From an uncultured Rubrivirga sp. (lineage in GTDB: Bacteria > Actinomycetota > Actinomycetes > S36-B12): DNA of 58,250 nucleotides. The notes below the pieces were generated by a model. It did no database searches. It had not been told where the DNA came from and saw only the letters and a program-made list of their open reading frames with translations. The stretch covers positions 11,192 to 69,441 of the forward strand of contig CAZJYN010000003.1 in the NCBI GenBank assembly GCA_964550285.1. The letters run 5' to 3'. Each line of letters opens with the position of its first letter. Position 1 is the first letter of the stretch. Of the stretch, positions 50,771 to 58,250 are shown piece after piece. Made by a program: the position numbers and the translations under genes.

Positions 50771-52039
50771 ATGCATGCTCAGTGGTGCCAAACGGTAGAA
50801 GACCGAGTGCGAGATGAGGTTCGCGCGCTGCGGCTCGATCCGCTGCACGATGTGGATCGGGTGCAAGGACTGATCGATCGCATAACCGCCGAGGTCGTGA
50901 TCGGTCATGCGGCAGGCTCAGAGGGACTCGAGCGGTCCGTGGCTGCCGATGTGGGGCACGTGGCACAGGCGGTGCAACACGCCATCAGCGGTTTCGGCCC
51001 CCTGCAGCCCTTCTTCGAGGACGACACGATCGAGGAGATCTGGGTCAACGAACCCGGCCGGGTGTTCGTCGCCCGGCAAGGTGCGAGCGAGTTGACGCCC
51101 GTGGTCATGACCGCCGCTCAGGTGCGCGACGTCGTGGAGCGCATGCTGCGGTGGTCCGGTCGCAGGCTCGACCTTTCGCAACCATTCGTCGACGCCACAT
51201 TGCCCGATGGCAGTCGGTTGCATGTCGTCATCCCCGATGTCACCCGTGAGCACTGGGCGATCAACATCCGACGTTTCGTGATCCGGCCGCGAACGATCCA
51301 TGATCTCGTCGCGGGCGGCACGGTGACCGAGCATGCGGCCACCTTCTTGGAGGCCTCGGTCGTCAGCGGCTGCAATGTGATCGTGGCCGGGGGCACCCAG
51401 GCCGGCAAGACGACGCTGCTCAACGCGCTGTTGGGTTCGGTGCCGAAACGAGAGCGCATCATCAGTTGCGAAGAGGTCTTCGAGGTGCGGTGCGATCACC
51501 CCGATTGGGTTGCGATGCAAACTCGAGATGCCAGCCTCGAGGGCACCGGTGAGATCCCACTGCGCCGACTGGTTCGTGAAGCACTGCGGATGCGACCTAC
51601 TCGGTTGATCGTCGGTGAGGTTCGCCAGGCGGAGTCCTTGGACCTGCTCATCGCGATGAACTCCGGAATGCCCTCGATGTCCACGCTGCACGCGAACAGT
51701 GCCCGTGAAGCCGTTACGAAACTGTGCACGCTGCCGCTGCTAGCCGGGGCGAATATTCCCGGGGACTTCGTCGTCCCCACGGTTGCTTCGAGTGTCGACC
51801 TGGTTGTGCACACCGCCACCGATCCTTCGGGCAGGCGCCGGATCCGGGAGATCAGTGCACTCACGGGCCGGTTGGAGGCGGGGACAGTGGAGATCGCGGC
51901 GATCTTCTCCGACCGCGGACAGGGCCTGCAGCGCGATCGAGGTTTCCCAGCACGCACCGAGGCCTACCGACGCCATGGCTTCGACGTGACACGACTACTC
52001 GGTGCCGCAAGCACCGAAGGTCGACCGGTGGCCGCCTGA
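50771..52039 (+). CDS. tadA: Tad pilus assembly ATPase TadA/CpaF
   Basis: GPLQPFFED..IEEIWVN, PFVDATLPDGSRL, GGTQAGKTT, LRMRP.RLIVGEVR, STLHANS. Confidence 0.93.
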   Translation: MHAQWCQTVEDRVRDEVRALRLDPLHDVDRVQGLIDRITAEVVIGHAAGSEGLERSVAADVGHVAQAVQHAISGFGPLQPFFEDDTIEEIWVNEPGRVFVARQGASELTPVVMTAAQVRDVVERMLRWSGRRLDLSQPFVDATLPDGSRLHVVIPDVTREHWAINIRRFVIRPRTIHDLVAGGTVTEHAATFLEASVVSGCNVIVAGGTQAGKTTLLNALLGSVPKRERIISCEEVFEVRCDHPDWVAMQTRDASLEGTGEIPLRRLVREALRMRPTRLIVGEVRQAESLDLLIAMNSGMPSMSTLHANSAREAVTKLCTLPLLAGANIPGDFVVPTVASSVDLVVHTATDPSGRRRIREISALTGRLEAGTVEIAAIFSDRGQGLQRDRGFPARTEAYRRHGFDVTRLLGAASTEGRPVAA

Positions 52040-52902
52040 TGGGTGCGCTCGTTGGCCTGGCTGCTGGCCTGGGGATCTTGCTCATCGCTGCGCACTTCGC
52101 AGAGCAGCGCTCCCGCAGGCCCCGGTCGCATGCAACCCGGCGGATCACCCGGCTCCAGGCGTTGGTCTACGCCGCCGGGATACCTCGACTGACCGTCGCG
52201 AGCCTGGTGGGAGCGTGCGTGGGATCGGCCGTCCTGGTCGGATCGCTTGCGCTCATCGTCACCGCGGTGCCGATGGTGGCTGCGCTGGCGGCGATCGCAT
52301 CGGCAGGTGTGCCCGTCGTTCTCCTACGACGCCGCATCGCCCAGCAAGCGACCGCACGACAGGAAGCCTGGCCCGATGCCGTCGATCAGTTGGCGTCGGC
52401 GGTACGCGCCGGACTGGCGCTACCCGAGGCCGTGTGCGATCTGAGCCGCCGGGGTCCGGTGGCATTGCGGTTGTCCTTCGCGGAATTCGATGTGGAGTAC
52501 CGGGCGAGTGGATCCTTCGGCCGGGCCTTGGACGCCTTGCAGGACGCGCTCGCCGATCCAGTCGCCGATCGCGTGTGTGCATCGCTGCGCATCGCCCGCG
52601 ATGTCGGTGGCAACGACCTCGGCCACGTCCTGCGCACTTTGAGTGCGCTGCTTCGTGAGGACCTGCGCACCCGCGGTGAGATCACCGCCCGTCAATCGTG
52701 GACCGTCAACGCAGCCCGTATCTCCGTAGCGGCTCCGTGGTTGACCCTCGCGCTGCTGTGCACGCGTCCGGAGGCGGTAGCCGCCTTCACCACATGGGCA
52801 GGGACCCTCGTGTTGGGTGCAGCGGCCGCCGTTTCCTTCATCGCTTATCGGTTGATGCGCCGCCTGGGCAAATTGCCGGTCGCCGAACGGGTGATCGCAT
52901 GA
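52039..52902 (+). CDS. tadB: Tad membrane platform protein TadB
   Basis: WPDAVDQLASAVRAGLALPEA (T2SSF), TGATG overlap with tadA. Confidence 0.85.
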   Translation: MGALVGLAAGLGILLIAAHFAEQRSRRPRSHATRRITRLQALVYAAGIPRLTVASLVGACVGSAVLVGSLALIVTAVPMVAALAAIASAGVPVVLLRRRIAQQATARQEAWPDAVDQLASAVRAGLALPEAVCDLSRRGPVALRLSFAEFDVEYRASGSFGRALDALQDALADPVADRVCASLRIARDVGGNDLGHVLRTLSALLREDLRTRGEITARQSWTVNAARISVAAPWLTLALLCTRPEAVAAFTTWAGTLVLGAAAAVSFIAYRLMRRLGKLPVAERVIA

Positions 52903-53786
52903 ACACCCCGATCCTCGGCGCTGTGCTAGGTCTAGCTGCCGCATCCGGTCTCTTGCTCGTCCTTGGGCGGTGGCGTGCCACGGCGGCTCCGGGCCTAAGT
53001 GAGCGAGTGGCGTTGCACCGTGGGACCCGATCACCTCGGGCGCGTGACATCGGCCCGGTCGGCACTTACCTGACTCTCTTGCTCCCGCGGTTGCTGAAGG
53101 CGACCGACACGGGTGCGGTGCGCCTATCGCAGGCCGGGCGCGCGGGCGGTGTGCCCCGGATGCGCGTGGACCAACTCACCTGGGGAGGGCTCGGGCTCTT
53201 CGGCGGAGCGCTCGTGGCGATCTGGGCGATCATGGGCGGTGCCACGGTTTTCGCCCTGGTGCTGCTTCCGATCCTCGGTGCCGTGTTGGGTCTGCTGTTG
53301 CTCGATCGGCGTATCAGCGCGCAGGCCAAACGACGCCGAGCCCGCATCGAGGAGCAGCTTCCCGATGTGGCCGAACTCCTCGCCTTCGCAGTTGCTGCCG
53401 GTGAATCGATTGTCCCGGCCTTGCATCGGGTCAGCGACATGGCTTCCGGCGATCTCGCCGATGAACTGCGGGTGGTCGTCGCCGAAGCAAGTACCGGAAT
53501 CCCCGTGCAGGACGCACTGCGTGCGGCATCGGACCGGATGGGTGTGCCGGCAGTGGAGCGTTTCGTCGACGGATTGCTCATCTCGCTGGAAAGAGGAACG
53601 CCGCTCGTCGGGGTGGTGCGTGCGCAAGCCAGCGATGCACGCGCTGCCGCGCAGCAGGCGTTGATGGAACAGGCAGGCAAGAAGGACGTGATCATGCTGA
53701 TCCCAGTCGTCTTCTTGATCTTGCCGACCATCGTCGTCATCGCGCTATTCCCCGGCCTGCGCGGCCTCCAAGTCCTCACCTCGTAA
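52899..53786 (+). CDS. tadC: Tad membrane platform protein TadC
   Basis: LPDVAELLAFAVAAGES, ERGTPL, LIPVVFLILP C-terminal TM helix. Confidence 0.85.
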   Translation: MNTPILGAVLGLAAASGLLLVLGRWRATAAPGLSERVALHRGTRSPRARDIGPVGTYLTLLLPRLLKATDTGAVRLSQAGRAGGVPRMRVDQLTWGGLGLFGGALVAIWAIMGGATVFALVLLPILGAVLGLLLLDRRISAQAKRRRARIEEQLPDVAELLAFAVAAGESIVPALHRVSDMASGDLADELRVVVAEASTGIPVQDALRAASDRMGVPAVERFVDGLLISLERGTPLVGVVRAQASDARAAAQQALMEQAGKKDVIMLIPVVFLILPTIVVIALFPGLRGLQVLTS

Positions 53787-53817
53787 CCGTTACGGGGGAG
53801 CAACGAAAGGAAGAATC

Positions 53818-54015
53818 ATGTTCGCATCGCGATACCTGCACATCCGACTCGTGGCGTGGCTCGAGCGGCTGGCGGAAGATGACCGCGGTGACGTGCCGGG
53901 CTGGGTACTCGTCACCGTCATGACCGCGGGGTTGGTGACGGCCATTTGGTTGATCGCCGATGATCAACTCACCGCCGTGCTCGACCGCGCGATCTCGTCG
54001 GTATCCCAGGCGTGA
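53818..54015 (+). CDS. flp: Flp-like major pilin (atypical)
   Basis: 65 aa, own SD AAAGGAAG, DDRG| cleavage-like site, hydrophobic helix, short tail; lacks E+5/Y+6. Confidence 0.68.
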   Translation: MFASRYLHIRLVAWLERLAEDDRGDVPGWVLVTVMTAGLVTAIWLIADDQLTAVLDRAISSVSQA

Positions 54016-54452
54016 TCGGCAACCGTGCTCGGCTACGGTCGGAAGACGGAGCCGCATCGGTTGAGTTCGCGTTGGTCGCACCGCTACTGCTGCTACTTGC
54101 GGTCGCGGTGTTGCAGTTGGCTTTGGCCTTGCACGTACGCAGTGTGATGGTGCAAGCAGCCAGTGAAGGCGCTCGACTCGTGGCCCTGGCCGGTGCCGAT
54201 GCGCGCGCCGGACAGCTGCGCACCGAGCGAATCTTGGATGCATCGATCGCTGGGACTGCGTTGCGCGCCACCACGGTGCGCTTCGAGCGCAGTGGAGGCA
54301 GTGGCGAGGTGCCGATAGCTGCCGTCGATGTCACGGCCGATCTGCCGTTGATCGGACTGTTCGGCCCCACGCCGATGACCGTCACCGGTCGGGCGGTGTT
54401 GGAAGACACCTTCGAACTCGGTCCGGGCTTTCGTTCCACGGAGGTGGGCTGA
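54012..54452 (+). CDS. tadE: TadE-like minor pilin
   Basis: EDG|AASVEFALV..., AASEGAR. Confidence 0.85.
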   Translation: MIGNRARLRSEDGAASVEFALVAPLLLLLAVAVLQLALALHVRSVMVQAASEGARLVALAGADARAGQLRTERILDASIAGTALRATTVRFERSGGSGEVPIAAVDVTADLPLIGLFGPTPMTVTGRAVLEDTFELGPGFRSTEVG

Positions 54453-54910
54453 TGGGGCCTGGTTGGACAGGCGGGAGAGGCAAGACGGGTAACTCAGAGC
54501 GTGGTTCGGCGGTCGTCGAGTTCATCGTCATCGGTGTCGGGGTGCTGATTCCGTTGGCCTACGTGGTGATCGCGGTGGCGCAGGTAATCGGCGCGCAAGC
54601 TGCCGCCCAGCACGCTGTTCGTGAAGCCGGTCGGGTCTTCGTGCGCGATGCGGTGGTGCAGACCGGCGAGGTACGGGCTCGCCGAGCCGCGGACATCGCA
54701 TTCGCCGACCGCGGCATGGAACTACCCGAAAGCGCCATCGCCTTCTCCTGCCCGGGTCCTTGCTTGACACCGGGCAGCACGTTGTCGGTCGACTTGGCCT
54801 GGGATATGCCACTTCCGTGGATGCCGTCCGGCTTGGATTCGTGGTTGGCAGTACCGATTCGCGCATCGAGCGAGTACCCGGTCGATGATTTCCGTCCGGC
54901 GGGAACCTGA
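54452..54910 (+). CDS. Second TadE/TadF-like minor pilin
   Basis: ERG|SAVVEFIV..., AVREAGR. Confidence 0.8.
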   Translation: MGPGWTGGRGKTGNSERGSAVVEFIVIGVGVLIPLAYVVIAVAQVIGAQAAAQHAVREAGRVFVRDAVVQTGEVRARRAADIAFADRGMELPESAIAFSCPGPCLTPGSTLSVDLAWDMPLPWMPSGLDSWLAVPIRASSEYPVDDFRPAGT

Positions 54911-54911
54911 C

Positions 54912-55340
54912 ATGGGTGCGCGGATCCGCGAGGAACGGGGCAGTGTGCTGCTGCTCGGGATCGGCCTAATGGGGGTGGTGCTGATGGCGATCTCGGTGGT
55001 GACGGATGCATCGATGGCGTTCATCCAGCGCCAGCAACTGCAGGCTCGGGCGGATGCCGCGGTGCTCTCCGGCGTGCAATCGATCGACCGTGACCACTAC
55101 TACGCCCACGGTGCCACGAAGCACACTCGTTTGCTGCCCGCAGTCGCCAGCGCCCGTGCCCGCGAGCACATCGAGCGAGATCAAGCACGCGATCGGATTC
55201 CCGGGTTGGTGGTCGTGGGGGTCGCTGGAGGTGACCGAGGTGTCGTGGTCGAACTCACCGCCCCGATCCGCACGGCCTTCTGGCCGATTTCGGCGTCCAT
55301 CTCCGTGCGATCGGCCGCCTCGTTGGACTACGTCGGTTGA
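54912..55340 (+). CDS. TadG-like pilin-related protein
   Basis: EERG|SVLLLGIGL..., [11 protein letters not shown]. Confidence 0.78.
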   Translation: MGARIREERGSVLLLGIGLMGVVLMAISVVTDASMAFIQRQQLQARADAAVLSGVQSIDRDHYYAHGATKHTRLLPAVASARAREHIERDQARDRIPGLVVVGVAGGDRGVVVELTAPIRTAFWPISASISVRSAASLDYVG

Positions 55341-55371
55341 TCCACACCGGCGCGCCGTACCCTTTCCCACC

Positions 55372-56484
55372 ATGGCCACCTTGGAGATCGACGAACGCAT
55401 CGCCGGTGTGGAGTCGACGATGGCGAACCTGGAGAAGGTGTTCGACGTCCCCAGTACCGAGGCTGAGATCGGCGATCTCGAGCAGCAGGCCTCCGCCCCC
55501 GACCTTTGGGACGACCAAGCCAATGCCCAGCGCGTGACCTCCCGATTGTCCTTCCTGCAAGGGGAGTTACGGCGCATGCAAGAACTCAAGATCCGTGTTG
55601 CCGATCTTCCGATCATGTTCGAGCTGGCCGATGCCGAAGACGACGAAAGCGCTCGGGGCGAGGCCATCGCAGAACTTGATTCCCTCGAGCAGGACCTCAG
55701 CGATCTCGAGGTACGCACCCTGCTGTCGGGGGAGTACGACGACCGCGAGGCACTCGTCACGATCCGGGCCGAAGCCGGTGGCGTCGATGCCGCGGATTGG
55801 GCCGAGATGGTCATGCGCATGTACACGCGCTACTGCGAGCGCCACGGCTGGCCGGTGGACGTCTACGACACCTCCTACGCAGAGGAAGCCGGCATCAAGT
55901 CGGCGACCTTCGCAGTCAAGGCGCCGTACGCCTACGGGACATTGTCCGTCGAACAGGGCACGCATCGGCTCGTGCGCATCTCGCCATTCGACAATCAAGG
56001 CAGACGTCAAACGTCCTTCGCCGGAGTCGAGGTGATTCCGGTCGTCGAGCAAACCGAGAGCATGGACATTCCCGAAGACGATCTGCGGGTGGACGTCTAT
56101 AGGTCCAGTGGTCCCGGTGGTCAGGGGGTCAACACGACCGACTCCGCCGTGCGATTGACCCACATCCCAACCGGCATCGTCGTCTCCTGCCAAAACGAAC
56201 GTTCCCAACTGCAGAACAAGGCCACGGCGATGGGGATCTTGCAGGCCAAACTGCTCGAGCGCCAGCGTCAAGAAGAGCAGGCCAAGATCGACGCACTGAA
56301 GGGGGATTCCTCCGGTTCGTGGGGCAACCAGATGCGCTCCTATGTGTTGCACCCCTATCAAATGGTCAAGGATCTGCGCACCGAGCAGGAAACGGGAAAC
56401 ACCCAGGCGGTTCTCGACGGTGAGATCGATGATTTCATCGCCTCGGGGATCCGCTGGCGGCGGCAACAGGCCGCCGCGCCTTGA
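55372..56484 (+). CDS. prfB: Peptide chain release factor 2 (continuous frame)
   Basis: [18 protein letters not shown] (SPF), [25 protein letters not shown]. Confidence 0.97.
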   Translation: MATLEIDERIAGVESTMANLEKVFDVPSTEAEIGDLEQQASAPDLWDDQANAQRVTSRLSFLQGELRRMQELKIRVADLPIMFELADAEDDESARGEAIAELDSLEQDLSDLEVRTLLSGEYDDREALVTIRAEAGGVDAADWAEMVMRMYTRYCERHGWPVDVYDTSYAEEAGIKSATFAVKAPYAYGTLSVEQGTHRLVRISPFDNQGRRQTSFAGVEVIPVVEQTESMDIPEDDLRVDVYRSSGPGGQGVNTTDSAVRLTHIPTGIVVSCQNERSQLQNKATAMGILQAKLLERQRQEEQAKIDALKGDSSGSWGNQMRSYVLHPYQMVKDLRTEQETGNTQAVLDGEIDDFIASGIRWRRQQAAAP

Positions 56485-56518
56485 CGGGTGATCCGGCCGG
56501 TCATGCTTAGACTGCGAA

Positions 56519-57253
56519 ATGCCCCCGGCGCCCTGCGGCGCCTTCCCCGACCCTGAGGCCACCGTGATCCTCTTCGACGACGTCACCAAGACCTACGCCA
56601 GCCAGAATCGGCCGGCGCTCGACGGGGTTTCGCTGGAGATCGAGAAGGGCGAATTCGTCTTCCTCGTCGGACCCTCAGGATCGGGTAAGTCCACTTTCCT
56701 GCGGCTGGTACTGCGCGAGGAACGTCCGAACTCCGGTCAGGTGTGGGTGCTGGGCAAGGAACTGAACCGGCTGTCGAATTGGAAGATCCCCACCTTGCGC
56801 CGGCAGATCGGGACGGTCTTCCAGGACTTTCGACTACTTCCCAATAAGAGCGTGTTCGAAAACGTCGCCTTCGCGTTGGAGGTGATCGGAAAGCCACGTT
56901 CCCATATCCGCAAGGTGGTGCCGGAGGTGCTCGAGGTTGTCGGCCTCGAGGACAAGATGGAACGCCGGCCCGATGAACTCTCCGGTGGTGAGCAGCAGCG
57001 GGTGGCCATCGCACGCGCTTTCGTCAACCGGCCGCTACTGCTCATCGCCGACGAGCCCACGGGGAACTTGGATCCCACTACTTCGGTAGGCATCATGAAG
57101 TTGCTGGATCGGATCAATCGACTCGGCACCACGGTGATCATGTCCACGCACGATTCCCAGATCGTCGACCAGATGCGCCGTCGGGTCATCGAGTTGGAGA
57201 CCGGACACCTGGTTCGTGATCAAACCCGCGGCGTGTACGGGTTCGCTCGCTGA
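56519..57253 (+). CDS. ftsE: Cell division ATP-binding protein FtsE
   Basis: [41 protein letters not shown]. Start is ATG 56519 or a slightly downstream GTG. Confidence 0.95.
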   Translation: MPPAPCGAFPDPEATVILFDDVTKTYASQNRPALDGVSLEIEKGEFVFLVGPSGSGKSTFLRLVLREERPNSGQVWVLGKELNRLSNWKIPTLRRQIGTVFQDFRLLPNKSVFENVAFALEVIGKPRSHIRKVVPEVLEVVGLEDKMERRPDELSGGEQQRVAIARAFVNRPLLLIADEPTGNLDPTTSVGIMKLLDRINRLGTTVIMSTHDSQIVDQMRRRVIELETGHLVRDQTRGVYGFAR

Positions 57254-58161
57254 TGCGCGCGACATTCGTCACCAGCGAGGTCGGTGCAGGCCTGCGCCGC
57301 AACCTGACTATGACTTTCGCGGTGATCATCACCGTCGCGGTGTCCCTCGCGCTCTTCGGCGTCAGTCTGCTCGTTCGCGCGCAGGTGACGACCATGCAGG
57401 ATTTCTGGTACGACAAGGTCGAGGTCTCGATCTTCCTGTGCAGCCGTAGTAGTGATGCTGCCTCGTGTGCCAGCGGCGCGGTGACCGACGCCCAGCGCGA
57501 CCAGATCCGCGCTGACCTTGAATCGTTGCGGCCCCTGGTCGAGGAGGTCTACTACGAGTCGAAGACCGAGGCCTTCGAACGCTTCCAGGAACAGTTCGCT
57601 AATTCCCCGATCGTGGAGAACGTGACCGAGGAGGCGTTGCCCGAATCGTTCCGGGTGAAGTTGTCCGACCCCACCCAATACGACGTCGTGGCCTCGGCGT
57701 TCGCGGGTCGGCCGGGAATCGAGCAGGTGAACGATCAGCGCCAGATCCTCGATCAGTTCTTCCGATTACTCAACGGCCTGCAGGCCATCGCGTTGCTGAT
57801 CGCGATCGTCATGCTGGTCGTCACGGTGCTGTTGATCGTCAACACCATGCGCGTGGCGGCGTTCAGTAGGCGCCGGGAGACCGGGATCATGCGCCTTGTC
57901 GGGGCCTCCAACTTCTACATCCAGTTGCCGTTCCTTCTCGAGGCTGCCGTTGCGGCGGCGCTTGGCGCGGGACTGGCGATCTTGGGCCTGGTGGCGGTCA
58001 AGGTCTTCGTCATCGACGGCGTCCTGGTGCCCTCCTTCCAGTTCACCGCGTTCGTGGGCTGGGATGCGGTGCTGGCGATAGCGCCGATCCTGCTCCTGGT
58101 GGGCGTGGCCCTGGCCTCGTTGGCGGCTTTCCTGACATTGCGCAAGTACTTACGCGTGTGA
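57253..58161 (+). CDS. ftsX: Cell division permease FtsX
   Basis: GLRRN, WYDKVEVSIFL, RRRETGIMRLVGAS..YIQLPF.LE; TGATG overlap with ftsE. Confidence 0.95.
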   Translation: MRATFVTSEVGAGLRRNLTMTFAVIITVAVSLALFGVSLLVRAQVTTMQDFWYDKVEVSIFLCSRSSDAASCASGAVTDAQRDQIRADLESLRPLVEEVYYESKTEAFERFQEQFANSPIVENVTEEALPESFRVKLSDPTQYDVVASAFAGRPGIEQVNDQRQILDQFFRLLNGLQAIALLIAIVMLVVTVLLIVNTMRVAAFSRRRETGIMRLVGASNFYIQLPFLLEAAVAAALGAGLAILGLVAVKVFVIDGVLVPSFQFTAFVGWDAVLAIAPILLLVGVALASLAAFLTLRKYLRV

Positions 58162-58250
58162 CAACTGAGGTTTTTGTGGCTGGTGGGGTTATCCTCGACC
58201 AGTGGCCCCCTCCCACGAGTCCCTGACTCGCGCTGCCTATCAGCCTGCCC

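Noticed and set aside
55372-55460. Programmed +1 frameshift in prfB
   Set aside because: The reading frame is continuous with no CTT-TGA site, which is normal for actinobacteria.

Overview
Gene-dense, high-GC actinobacterial chromosome segment with about 63 CDS. I recognised no rRNA, tRNA, CRISPR array, prophage or transposase. Gene order follows the conserved actinomycete backbone: yyaL-uppS-phoH2-fum-glpX-xseBA-ispH-ychF-typA-mshB-fdxA-dapC-gltA-dapD/dapE-LOG-DUF3117-O-methyltransferase-htrA-tatB-mrp-mgtE-like...DEAD helicase-TetR...prfB-ftsEX. Extras on this backbone are yoaK plus a patatin, an Rpf-like secreted protein, cysS, a CoA-ester lyase and acyl-CoA dehydrogenase resembling ethylmalonyl-CoA pathway enzymes, a membrane J-protein, a solo Fe-S PD-(D/E)XK nuclease, an ABC-2 exporter and a 7-gene Tad/Flp pilus operon with an atypical pilin. 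The main non-coding signals are: a 371-bp inverted-repeat (MITE/REP-like) element filling the gltA-dapD gap; pervasive leaderless promoters, including a 17-bp symmetric bidirectional promoter between dapD and dapE; two probable non-canonical start codons (ATC, CTG); CRP- and MtrA-like boxes before the Rpf-like gene; two perfect DnaA boxes; and absence of sigE-rseA from their usual position. All family assignments come from motif recognition by eye, not database searches, and many start codons were re-chosen relative to the ORF track.
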